59,439 nucleotides of DNA from Vicinamibacteria bacterium (GTDB lineage: Bacteria; Acidobacteriota; Vicinamibacteria; Fen-336; JAGNNV01), in the NCBI GenBank assembly GCA_039932395.1, contig JBDTQB010000001.1, positions 1-59,439 on the forward strand, written 5' to 3'. Positions 39,039-47,627 of the stretch are shown piece after piece (positions within the stretch are counted from its first letter, which is position 1; every line of letters starts with the position of its first letter). The position numbers and the translations under genes are program-made. Below the pieces are notes generated by a model. That model was given only the letters and a program-made list of their open reading frames with translations, made no database searches and was not told where the DNA came from.

Positions 39039-39796
39039 TGCCTCTGGTCATCGCCCACCGCGGGAATTCCTCCGCGGCGCCCGAGAACACGTTCGCTTCC
39101 TTTGAGAGCGCGCTCGCCGCAGGCGTCACCGCGGTCGAGTGCGACGTTCAGATGACGCGCGACGGCGAGCTGGTGGTGATCCACGATCACACGCTCGACC
39201 GAACGTCCGATCGCATCGGTGACGTGCGGCAGATGACTCTCGCGGAAGTTCAGGCGGCCGATGTGTCCTGCCCCGCGACGTTTGGCTCACGGTTCGCCCC
39301 GCAGCGTGTGCCGACGCTGGGTGAACTTCTGGCCTTCGTGAAGGGCCGTTGTCGCCTGATGCTGGAGATCAAGCGCGAGTCGTCGCTTGCCGGCGCCGAC
39401 ACGTTCGAGCGACGCATCGCTTCCGAGGTCGTTCGTTCAGGTCTTCGCTTCGCTCCGGGCATGCAGACGGAGATCGCCTTCCTCTCCTTTTCGACGCTCG
39501 TGTTGGAGCGCATGAGGGAGATCCTTCCCGAAGCGCCGCGCGGGCATCTTTTCTATCGGGATCCGGAAGACGCCCTTTTCGCCCTTGCCGGGCGCGTCTC
39601 TGCCAATTTCATCATGCCGGAGAAGGGGCATCTTTCGTCCAGCCTGCTCGCTCGTGCTCGTGATCTGGATCTCGGTGTTGCAACCTGGGTTTGCGACGAT
39701 GTGGTGGAGTTCCAGCAACTCAGCACGCTGGGCTTGCTCGGCATCGGTACAAATCGGCCGGCCGAGATGATGGCGGCCTTGAGGCCCGGTGTCTGA
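39038..39796 (+). CDS. Glycerophosphodiester phosphodiesterase (GDPD family)
   Basis: PLVIAHRGNSSAAPENT, ECDVQMTRDGELVVIHD. The start lies in a GTGATG overlapping the previous stop. Confidence 0.85.
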   Translation: MPLVIAHRGNSSAAPENTFASFESALAAGVTAVECDVQMTRDGELVVIHDHTLDRTSDRIGDVRQMTLAEVQAADVSCPATFGSRFAPQRVPTLGELLAFVKGRCRLMLEIKRESSLAGADTFERRIASEVVRSGLRFAPGMQTEIAFLSFSTLVLERMREILPEAPRGHLFYRDPEDALFALAGRVSANFIMPEKGHLSSSLLARARDLDLGVATWVCDDVVEFQQLSTLGLLGIGTNRPAEMMAALRPGV

Positions 39797-41088
39797 TGCA
39801 CATTCACCTCGATCCCGTCGGCGGGATCGCGGGCGATATGTTCGCCGCGACGATGCTCGATGCCTTCCCTCCTCTTGAGGAAGCGGTGCAGCGCGCGGTC
39901 CGTGCGGCCGGCCTTCCCGAGCGCTTTCGTTGCGACCTCGTGCCCCATGCCGATCATGCCCTGACGGGCAAACGCTTCCTGGTCATCGAGGCTCATGCGC
40001 ATGGGCACACCCAGAGTCACGACCACGGACATGAGCATTCTCATTCGCATGCGCACACGCACGAACACGGCGACTCTCAGGGTCGGGAGCATCATCACGA
40101 GCATGCTGCGGACCATGAGCACGGCCACCGGCCGTTCTCTGCGATCCGCGCTGGGCTCCTGGCTTCGCCTCTCGATCCTGGCGTTCGCGATCATGCGATC
40201 GCGATCTTCACCCGCCTCGCGGAAGCGGAAGCCCAGGTCCACGGCATGACCACCGATACCGTGAGCTTTCACGAGGTGGGCGAGTGGGATTCCATCGCCG
40301 ATATCGTGGCCGCGGCGGCCATCCTTCATGCCCTTCCCTCCGCCACCTGGAGTGTCGGCCCGTTGCCGCTGGGCTCGGGCTTCGTAAAGTCAGCTCACGG
40401 ATTGCTCCCCGTTCCAGCACCCGCGACCACACTTCTGCTTCGCGGTCTTGCGGTTCGCGAAGATGGGATTGGCGGAGAACGCGTCACTCCGACCGGTGCC
40501 GCCATTGTTCGGCATCTGATGTCGCTTCCGGGGCAGCCGCCTCGTGAACGGACGCTTCTCGGCACGGGTCTCGGCTTCGGCACGCGGGTTCTAAAGGGAA
40601 TGTCCAACTGCGTTCGGGCGATTGTCTTTGATGCGGCTCTGCCCGCCGTTTCGCACCAGGCCAGCGAAGACGTGACCGTGATCGAGTTCGAGATCGACGA
40701 TCAGACGGCCGAGGATCTGGCGATGGGTCTCGACCACGTTCGTCGACACAACCGCGTTCTTGACGTGATTCAGATGCAAGCCGTCGGCAAGAAAGGACGG
40801 GTGGTTGTCTCGATCCGCGTGCTGTGCCAGAGCGGCGCGACCGATGAAGTCGCGGCTCTGTGTTTCTCGGAGACCACGACCCTGGGCCTGCGCATCCACG
40901 ATGTCCGCCGGCAGACGCTGGCCCGTTCAACCAGCGCGGTGAACGTCGAGGGGCGCCAGCTGCGCACGAAGACCGCGAACCGGAATGCCTGTGGCCCCAC
41001 GACCAAGGTCGAGGCCGACAGCCTGGCCGACGTGCAGGGTCATGAAGAACGTCAGACGCTCCGTCGCGCGGCTATGCCCCCGAAGTGA
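39796..41088 (+). CDS. larC: LarC, nickel-insertion (pyridinium-3,5-bisthiocarboxylic acid mononucleotide nickel chelatase) protein
   Basis: MHIHLDPVGGIAGDMF N-terminus. His-rich tract HAHGHTQSHDHGHEHSHSHAHTHEHG..HHHEHAADHEHGH. FHEVGEWDSIADIV. Single uninterrupted ORF. The ATG overlaps the previous stop by 1 nt. Confidence 0.85.
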   Translation: MHIHLDPVGGIAGDMFAATMLDAFPPLEEAVQRAVRAAGLPERFRCDLVPHADHALTGKRFLVIEAHAHGHTQSHDHGHEHSHSHAHTHEHGDSQGREHHHEHAADHEHGHRPFSAIRAGLLASPLDPGVRDHAIAIFTRLAEAEAQVHGMTTDTVSFHEVGEWDSIADIVAAAAILHALPSATWSVGPLPLGSGFVKSAHGLLPVPAPATTLLLRGLAVREDGIGGERVTPTGAAIVRHLMSLPGQPPRERTLLGTGLGFGTRVLKGMSNCVRAIVFDAALPAVSHQASEDVTVIEFEIDDQTAEDLAMGLDHVRRHNRVLDVIQMQAVGKKGRVVVSIRVLCQSGATDEVAALCFSETTTLGLRIHDVRRQTLARSTSAVNVEGRQLRTKTANRNACGPTTKVEADSLADVQGHEERQTLRRAAMPPK

Positions 41089-41120
41089 CGAACAGGGTCG
41101 CTCAAATAAGCTTGAGGCCC

Positions 41121-41957
41121 ATGACGACACCGACCCTGCGCGAATCGTCCGACCTTCGCGATGCCACGGACCGGCTTGAAGCGGTCCTTCGTGGCGCGGG
41201 CGACGTGGCCATCGCGTTGAGCGGCGGGGTCGATAGTCTGACCCTCGCGGCGTTCGCGGTGAGCGTGATCGGCGATCGGGCGAAACTCGTGCACGCGGTG
41301 TCTCCCGCCGTGCCCGCCGAAGCCACCGTCCGGGTGAAGGCGTTCGCAGAGGACCGGATGGCGTCGCTGACCGTTTTGAACGCGGGCGAGTTCTCCGACG
41401 AGGCCTACCGAGCGAATCCCGCGAACCGCTGCTACTTCTGCAAGAGCCATCTTTACGACGCGATCCGTTCGCGCTTCAACATGACCGTTCTCTCGGGAAC
41501 GAACTTTGATGACCTGGGCGACTATCGCCCCGGCTTGATCGCGGCGAGCGAGCGGGGCGTGAGGCATCCCTTCGTGGAGGCGGGGCTCACCAAGGCGCGT
41601 GTCCGTGAGCTGGCGCGCCACTTGGGGCTCGGAGAGATCGCCGAATTGCCGGCCTCGCCCTGTCTCTCAAGCCGGGTCGAGACAGGCATTCGCATCGAGG
41701 CTCCAGCACTTCAACTGATCGACGCCCTCGAAACGGAGCTGCGCAAGGAGCTGGCGCCGAAAACGGTCCGCTGCCGTATTCGTAAGCGCGGCGTGGTGGT
41801 GGAGATGGACGAAGCCTCCCTCGCCCTCCTCGCGGATGACGTTCGTTCGACCTGGATGGATCGCATCGCACAGCGCTCGATGGCTGCCGGCCTCAAGGGC
41901 GTCGTCGATTTCGAGGTCTACCGCCAGGGCAGCGCGTTTCTTCGTCCCCCGTCGTGA
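41121..41957 (+). CDS. larE: LarE, ATP-dependent sacrificial sulfur transferase (PP-loop)
   Basis: ALSGGVDS (PP-loop), CYFCK, and PASPCLSSR (sacrificial Cys context). The alternative GTG start at 41085 would give a GTGA overlap with larC. Confidence 0.85.
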   Translation: MTTPTLRESSDLRDATDRLEAVLRGAGDVAIALSGGVDSLTLAAFAVSVIGDRAKLVHAVSPAVPAEATVRVKAFAEDRMASLTVLNAGEFSDEAYRANPANRCYFCKSHLYDAIRSRFNMTVLSGTNFDDLGDYRPGLIAASERGVRHPFVEAGLTKARVRELARHLGLGEIAELPASPCLSSRVETGIRIEAPALQLIDALETELRKELAPKTVRCRIRKRGVVVEMDEASLALLADDVRSTWMDRIAQRSMAAGLKGVVDFEVYRQGSAFLRPPS

Positions 41958-42616
41958 GCGAAAAAGAATTCGACCTCGATCTGCTGCGCTCGGAGCGCGT
42001 TGGTCTTGATGAAGCGCTCTTCTGCGCGGGCAAGACCGTCGATCAGATCGCGCGGATCGTCGACACAATGGTCTTGGCGAACCGTCCCATGTTGCTGACG
42101 CGCCTCGATGTCTCTCGCTTTGAGTCTCTGGACGAGGGCGCGCGCGCGCACCTCGACTTCGATGCCCTGTCGCGTACCGCGATCCTCGGGCCGCGGCATG
42201 CCGCGCGCAACGGTATGCGGGTTGCCGTCGTTTGCGCTGGAACCTCCGACCTTCCGGTGAGCCGGGAAACAGTTCGGACACTCGAGTACTACGGCGTGTC
42301 CGTCACGGAATTCAACGATGTCGGTGTCGCGGGTCTGCATCGCCTCCTCGGCCGGATCGAGGACATCCGAGCCCATGACATCGTGATCGCCGTTGCCGGG
42401 ATGGACGCTGCGCTTGTGAGTGTTCTGGGCGGGCTGGTGAAGGCACCCATGATCGCAGTGCCGACTTCGGTCGGCTATGGAGCCACCCGCGGAGGAGAGA
42501 CAGCACTTGCCGCGTCCCTTGCAAGTTGCGCGGCGGGAGTCGCGGTGGTGAACATCGACAATGGTTTTGGTGCTGCCTGTGCCGCCCTTCGCATCCTGAA
42601 CCTGCGCCGTTCGTAG
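41954..42616 (+). CDS. larB: LarB, pyridinium-3,5-biscarboxylic acid mononucleotide synthase (PurE-like)
   Basis: GTGA overlap with larE. RVAVVCAGTSDLPV, DVGVAGLHRL, AVAGMDAAL, PTSVGYG. Confidence 0.85.
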   Translation: MSEKEFDLDLLRSERVGLDEALFCAGKTVDQIARIVDTMVLANRPMLLTRLDVSRFESLDEGARAHLDFDALSRTAILGPRHAARNGMRVAVVCAGTSDLPVSRETVRTLEYYGVSVTEFNDVGVAGLHRLLGRIEDIRAHDIVIAVAGMDAALVSVLGGLVKAPMIAVPTSVGYGATRGGETALAASLASCAAGVAVVNIDNGFGAACAALRILNLRRS

Positions 42617-42665
42617 TTCCATCGTTCGGACGACATCGGCAAAATCCAGCCGTCGGTAGAATCGA

Positions 42666-43754
42666 ATGAGCAAAGGGGCGCCATTGAATCCAACACGAAG
42701 ACACCTCGCGGTCGTTCTGTTTGCCTGCCTGACTGCAGGTCGCACAACGTCGGCGCAAGACTCGGTCTCCAAGCAGTACACCATTCCGAATCACGGACGG
42801 CTGACGTTGAGCGTTCCGGCGGGCATGGTGGATGCCAGCAGACCCATCACCGGTCAGGCCGGGGTTGAGTTGCACGTTGGACCGAAGGCCGGGAAGGACT
42901 TCGATCTGCAAGTGACGGCGGTCTGGCTGGATGCCGACAAAGTCGCCCGCGGGCGCGTATCCCTTCGGGAGGCGATGAAGCAGAGCGCCGCCGGTCCGCT
43001 CGCTCAATCGGTCGAAACGGAAGCGAAGATTCTTGAACTCGGAGGCTCTCCCTCGCCCGGATACTTCTATTCGCTTACCGACAAGGCACCGCCGCCGGGC
43101 GAGTTCAAATACCTCACCCAGGGCGCGCTGGTGACGGGTGAGATCATGGCGACATTTACGCTGCTTCAACAGCGCCCTGACGAAGGTCAGAAGACGGCGA
43201 TCCTGCGGATGCTGGGCGCTGCGAAATACTCAAACGCCGCCTTCGCATCAGAGGAGGGCGTTCAGTTCCGATCGCGCGATGGAGTTCTTGAGATCACCCA
43301 TCCGTCCAGCCGTCTCTCGATGACGATTCCCGACCCCGACCATGGTTTCAGGAAGACCAGTTCAGGCGGCGACGGCCCCCGGTACTTCCGTTTCGAGGAC
43401 ACCTCCACGGCGACCATCGTCTCAGGCTGGTTTGAACCCGCGCCCGGCTTCTCGAATATCCAGAAATTCTGGAAGGATGAGACGGCGGAGGCCAAACGCA
43501 ATGGCCTGCCAGCGGCTGTCAACGTGGAGTTCATGGATGCGGGAGCGTGGAAGATCGTTGCCTACGATCTGCCCCTGCCGCTCGGAGTTGCGTCGCACCT
43601 CCGTGCCCATTGGGTTGAAGCGGGGACATGGATCGATATCCATCTTTCGAATTCAGGAATGCCGGCGGCGCAAGGCCGCACCGCTCTGCGCGCTCGGCTC
43701 AGTGGATTCAAGGTTGCGCCGAAAGAGCCTGCTTCGGCGTTGAGTTCGCGTTAG
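42666..43754 (+). CDS. Secreted hypothetical protein (two-domain, no recognised family)
   Basis: Signal peptide HLAVVLFACLTAGRTTSAQ. The 362-aa ORF has coding-like third positions. Confidence 0.6.
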   Translation: MSKGAPLNPTRRHLAVVLFACLTAGRTTSAQDSVSKQYTIPNHGRLTLSVPAGMVDASRPITGQAGVELHVGPKAGKDFDLQVTAVWLDADKVARGRVSLREAMKQSAAGPLAQSVETEAKILELGGSPSPGYFYSLTDKAPPPGEFKYLTQGALVTGEIMATFTLLQQRPDEGQKTAILRMLGAAKYSNAAFASEEGVQFRSRDGVLEITHPSSRLSMTIPDPDHGFRKTSSGGDGPRYFRFEDTSTATIVSGWFEPAPGFSNIQKFWKDETAEAKRNGLPAAVNVEFMDAGAWKIVAYDLPLPLGVASHLRAHWVEAGTWIDIHLSNSGMPAAQGRTALRARLSGFKVAPKEPASALSSR

Positions 43755-44182
43755 CGGCTGACCACTTCGACCCGGACCTTGCCGGTCCCCGGACCAATGA
43801 GTCCGATCTTCTTCGCGGTCCCCTTCGACACATCGATCAGTCGACCTTTGTGGTTTGGAAAGAGGTCATTGATTTCGACCACTGCGCTCTTGCCGGTTGA
43901 GAGCAGCGTGACCTTGACCCGCGTCCCGCAGGGCCAGGTGCCGTGAGCCGCCGTGAGTGCGTCCTGATCGAATCGGTCGCCGCACGCGGTTCGCTTGCCG
44001 TCATATCCCGGGCCGTACCACGATGCGATCCCGGTTGCGGTGGTTCCGATCCTGGGTACGGGCCGATTCGCGATGCCGCGCCCCTGTGGTTTCGGATTAG
44101 AGGCACACGCGGAGACGGTGAGTGCGACGAGGAGGGCGCCAACACGCCGCGCGATCGAACCGTGCCGTCTCAGGGGCGGAAT
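43751..44182 (-). CDS. RlpA-like (DPBB fold) lipoprotein; no canonical start codon
   Basis: Hand translation of the minus strand gives ..RRHGSIARRVGALLVALTVSAC-ASNPKP..ASWYGPGYDGKRTACGDRFDQDALTAAHGTWPCGTRVKVTLLSTGKSAVVEINDLFPNHKGRLIDVSKGTAKKIGL..VRVEVVSR-TAA. The frame opens at a TGA inside deoA and has no ATG/GTG/TTG before the signal peptide, only ATT (44182), CTG (44173) and ATC (44155). Confidence 0.7.
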   Translation of the reverse strand: MPPLRRHGSIARRVGALLVALTVSACASNPKPQGRGIANRPVPRIGTTATGIASWYGPGYDGKRTACGDRFDQDALTAAHGTWPCGTRVKVTLLSTGKSAVVEINDLFPNHKGRLIDVSKGTAKKIGLIGPGTGKVRVEVVSR

Positions 44183-44192
44183 ACCCGGCCGC

Positions 44193-45521
44193 CTATTCGA
44201 TGACTTCTCTGAAGAGGGGCGCGCGGGTCACCGGCTTGTCACTGACCTCGAAGCCGCCATGCAGGCGCGCGAGCGCCGCATCGAGGCGGACGCGATCGTT
44301 GTAGTGGATGGTCGCCACCGACTCGCCGAGGTCCACCGCGTCGCCCACCTTCTTGTGCAGCGCGATGCCGACGCCAGGGTCGACATTGTCGGTCACGCGA
44401 TTGCGCCCGGCTCCGAGAATCATCGACGCCTCGCCCGCGGCGCGACAGGCGATCCGTTGCAGGACGCCCTTCGCGTCCGCGCGAATCTCGTGACGATTCT
44501 TCGCGTGAGGAAGCACGGCGAAGTCGTCGCACACACGGGGATCGCCGCCTTGCGCTTCGATGACTCGGCGGAAAACTTCAAGACCCGCGCCCGAGGCAAT
44601 GGCGCTGCGGATCTTCTCCCGCCCGGCCGCGAGGTCCGGCTGGACGTTGGTGAGGACCAGCATCCAGGCGGCAAGTTCAACCGACAGGTCCGTCAGGTCT
44701 TTCGGACCCTTGCCCTGCAACGTCAGAATCGACTCTTCGACCTCGAGGGTGTTGCCGATCATGAGACCGGTCGGTTCGTCCATGTCAGTGATGATCGCGG
44801 CCACGCGCTTGCCCATGCCTTTGCCAATGGCGACCATGCGACGCGCGAGCGTCTGCGAATCTTCGTAGCGCTGCATGAAGGCGCCGTCACCGGTCTTCAC
44901 GTCGAGGATCAGGGCGTCGATGCCTTCGGCCAGCTTCTTGCCCATGATCGAGGCGACGATCAAAGGCAGGACGGGGACCGTGCCCGTGACGTCACGCAGC
45001 GCATAGAGCTTGCGGTCGGCGGGGGCGAGTTCCTCCGTCTGACCGATCAGGCAAAGACGATGCGCGCGCAAGACGCGTCGGAACTCGTCGAGGCCGAGGC
45101 CGACGCGGAAGCCGGGAATCGATTCCAGCTTGTCGAGCGTGCCGCCCGAATGACCGAGCGCGCGGCCCGACATCATGGGGACGGTCACTCCGCAGGCCGC
45201 AACCAGAGGCGCGAGAATCAAACTCGTCTTGTCGCCGACTCCGCCGGTCGAGTGCTTGTCGACTTTCGGCCCTTCGATGTCGGACAGGTCGAGGATCTCG
45301 CCGGAGAAAAGCATGGCGCGCGTGAGGTCGGTGGTCTCCGCGTCCGTCATGCCCTTGAAGTGCACGGCCATGGCGAAAGCCGACATCTGATAGTCGGGCA
45401 CCTCGCCCGACGTATAGCCCGCGATGAGGAAGTCGATCTCGGCGCGGGAAAGAGTATGCCCGTCGCGCTTGCGTTCGAGGATGGTCGGAACGCGGAAAGA
45501 CTCCTGCGGGCTGGCGGTCAT
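44193..45521 (-). CDS. deoA: Thymidine/pyrimidine-nucleoside phosphorylase
   Basis: KRDGHTLSRAEIDFLI, QMSAFAMAV, DKHSTGGVGDKTSL, MSGRALGHSGGTLDKLESIPG. Confidence 0.9.
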   Translation of the reverse strand: MTASPQESFRVPTILERKRDGHTLSRAEIDFLIAGYTSGEVPDYQMSAFAMAVHFKGMTDAETTDLTRAMLFSGEILDLSDIEGPKVDKHSTGGVGDKTSLILAPLVAACGVTVPMMSGRALGHSGGTLDKLESIPGFRVGLGLDEFRRVLRAHRLCLIGQTEELAPADRKLYALRDVTGTVPVLPLIVASIMGKKLAEGIDALILDVKTGDGAFMQRYEDSQTLARRMVAIGKGMGKRVAAIITDMDEPTGLMIGNTLEVEESILTLQGKGPKDLTDLSVELAAWMLVLTNVQPDLAAGREKIRSAIASGAGLEVFRRVIEAQGGDPRVCDDFAVLPHAKNRHEIRADAKGVLQRIACRAAGEASMILGAGRNRVTDNVDPGVGIALHKKVGDAVDLGESVATIHYNDRVRLDAALARLHGGFEVSDKPVTRAPLFREVIE

Positions 45522-45868
45522 TTCACTTCGCCTTCCGTGGTTCCCAAGGCCGCATCCTTCTTTTCATTGATGCGACCAAGCGTGGCCCACAGATCGCGCT
45601 TTGGTTTGACCAGCGGCGCGGGCGGCATCGCGGGCATCTGCGGCATGTTGCGCAACACCTGATCCATGAGGCTCTGCTTTGTCTCGACCTTCTTCGCGGG
45701 GCGCTTGGGGATCTTGCCCTGCTTGTAGTCGTGGGTGTTGAAGCAGGTGCGGCATGTGGTCTTGGCGATCTCACCATTCACGACACTTGCGATGTCGTGG
45801 GAAAGGAGGAGATGGCAGGAGGTGCAGTAGTCGTCCTGAACTTGGCCGACTTGTAACTCAGTGGACAT
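45518..45868 (-). CDS. Small zinc-ribbon protein (CxxC...CxxC), hypothetical
   Basis: MSTELQVGQVQDDYCTSCHLL..TTCRTCFNTHDY. ATGA overlap with the deoA start. Confidence 0.55.
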   Translation of the reverse strand: MSTELQVGQVQDDYCTSCHLLLSHDIASVVNGEIAKTTCRTCFNTHDYKQGKIPKRPAKKVETKQSLMDQVLRNMPQMPAMPPAPLVKPKRDLWATLGRINEKKDAALGTTEGEVK

Positions 45869-46031
45869 AGGTCTTGAAGGGTGTTCCTTGAAGCGGCATA
45901 CGCTTGGCAACGTGGAAAAGAGCGCGATCGTGCCCGTGCTGGGCGGCTCTTCGAGTGGGGGCTCACGACGTGAAGCCGAGCCCTCGTGTCAACAAAGAGC
46001 CTATCAGGGTGCGACGGAATTGGGGGCAGGG

Positions 46032-47192
46032 TCAAGGCGTTCGCTTGGCGAAGACAAGTGACCAGACCAGCCACAGCGCGACCATGATGCCGGTCACGAT
46101 GAAGTTCGCCGGCTGGTAGAGGCTCGATCCCGAATAGTCGTTCCAGCGGGTGAGGCCGAAGTGCACCATCTGCGCGCCCACGCACATCACGGCCAGGCGT
46201 TGGAATGGGTTCCGGAACGGGATTTTCAGGTTGGCGGCCAGACCACGAAAACCCGCAGCGCCTGCCGCAGCCAGCGCGGGCCACGCATAGGCCAGAGGGC
46301 GTTCTGTATTGTTCGAGATGATCAAGGTTCCATACGTAGCGATCGCCATGAAGGTCAGGTCGAGGTTCTCTCGCACTCGCCGCCCAAAGGCACGGACGTC
46401 AGCGAGTGCTAGCGGGACGAACACGCCCCAGGTTCCGATGGTCAGCACGTACCACTGGTTCTGCAGCAAACGCCGGTAGCGGAAGCCCATGCTGTCGACG
46501 ACACCCGACCACCAGTCGTCCGGGGCGATGGGGGTGATGACGGCGTGGAGCGCCAAAGACACCGAGAAGAAGGCGACAGCGATGGCCGCCGTGCGGAGGA
46601 AGGCCTGCTTGATGTCGTGCTTCGCGAGGGTTCGGAAGAAGGCGAACGGGAGCACGAGCACAAAGCTCTCTCTCACGAAACCGGCGGCGATCGCGATCAC
46701 GATGGCCCAGCGCCAGGGTTTGTCGAGTTCGATTGCGAGGACGGCAGCGGCCACCAGCGCCATGCAGAGCGGGTCGGACATCCAGTACTGATACTCAAAC
46801 CACCGCACCGCGCCCTGGGTGAGGCCCATCAGGACCAGCATCAGTGCGGAGATCTCGAGGGAGAAGCCCCGCGCGCGCAAAAAGAGAAACGTGCAGGCGA
46901 GGAACGTCAGAAGCGACGTCTGCGTGAGCGCGTAAAACGCTTCATTCACGTTGAGGCCCCAAGCCATCAGGCCTCTCGCGAGGGTCGGTGCCGCAACGCG
47001 AAACGCATACGGCGGATCTTCCGGTTCCTCCGGATTCATCGCCATGTGGATGTAGTGGCGATGGTCGGTCTCCAGAACCAGGCGGACGCGATGGACGAAT
47101 CCGAGTTTCGAGGTGACGTAGCCGGCGTTCGCGAAGACGATCAACGCGGAGAGCGCCAGCGCCATGCGGATGTCGCGTCCGGAGAGTTTCAT
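46032..47192 (-). CDS. Polytopic integral membrane protein of unknown function
   Basis: About 10 hydrophobic segments across 386-400 aa. Start at 47192 or 47234. Confidence 0.6.
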   Translation of the reverse strand: MKLSGRDIRMALALSALIVFANAGYVTSKLGFVHRVRLVLETDHRHYIHMAMNPEEPEDPPYAFRVAAPTLARGLMAWGLNVNEAFYALTQTSLLTFLACTFLFLRARGFSLEISALMLVLMGLTQGAVRWFEYQYWMSDPLCMALVAAAVLAIELDKPWRWAIVIAIAAGFVRESFVLVLPFAFFRTLAKHDIKQAFLRTAAIAVAFFSVSLALHAVITPIAPDDWWSGVVDSMGFRYRRLLQNQWYVLTIGTWGVFVPLALADVRAFGRRVRENLDLTFMAIATYGTLIISNNTERPLAYAWPALAAAGAAGFRGLAANLKIPFRNPFQRLAVMCVGAQMVHFGLTRWNDYSGSSLYQPANFIVTGIMVALWLVWSLVFAKRTP

Positions 47193-47264
47193 GCGAAGCG
47201 GGAGCTTAGCGTCGGGCGGCGCGCGGAGCGGCACTTACGGAACGGGCTTGACTCGAAACCATAG

Positions 47265-47296
47265 GCATAGATAATCTATGCGTACCTTATCTATGC
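47265..47296. promoter_or_regulatory. Perfect 8-1-8 palindrome GCATAGAT-A-ATCTATGC plus a third half-site ATCTATGC; candidate PadR autoregulatory operator
   Basis: The palindrome is at 47265-47281 and the extra half-site at 47289-47296. The right half of the palindrome (ATG 47278) and the extra half-site (ATG 47293) each contain one of the two candidate padR-like start codons. Confidence 0.5.
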
Positions 47297-47619
47297 CAAA
47301 GAATGAAATGCCTTCCGGCGCGCTCGTCTTATTGATCCTGCGCGTCCTTCGATCCGGTCCGCTTCACGGCTACGCCATCGCCCAGCGGATCCACCAGCTT
47401 TCCTCCGACGCGCTTCGGGTGGAAGAGGGATCGCTTTACCCAGCACTCCAGAAGATTCTGCTGAATGGCTGGGTCACCGCGAACTGGGGAATTTCGGAGA
47501 CGAACCGGAAGGTGCGCTTCTACAAGATCACGCGCGATGGCTTGAAGCAGCTCGAGTCGGAAATGACCGACTACGACCGCCAGACCCGCGCCATTCAGGC
47601 GATTCTGCGTACGGCCTGA
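47278..47619 (+). CDS. PadR-family transcriptional regulator
   Basis: LLILRVLRSGPLHGYAIAQRI....EGSLYPALQKILLNGWV......RKVRFYKITRDGLKQL is the canonical PadR winged helix. Confidence 0.9.
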   Translation: MRTLSMPKNEMPSGALVLLILRVLRSGPLHGYAIAQRIHQLSSDALRVEEGSLYPALQKILLNGWVTANWGISETNRKVRFYKITRDGLKQLESEMTDYDRQTRAIQAILRTA

Positions 47620-47627
47620 GGACGATC

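Noticed and set aside
43995-45662. 555-aa plus-strand ORF
   Set aside because: It is antisense to deoA, which carries unambiguous thymidine phosphorylase motifs, and to the RlpA-like gene. Its composition is junk-like (R/A/G/D/H rich).
45869-46031. TTGACA hexamer and a gggctc-N13-gagccc hairpin upstream of the zinc-ribbon/deoA operon, as a promoter or riboswitch
   Set aside because: There is no acceptable -10 element at the right spacing and the stem is short. The promoter consensus for this phylum is uncertain, so this is not reportable as a feature.
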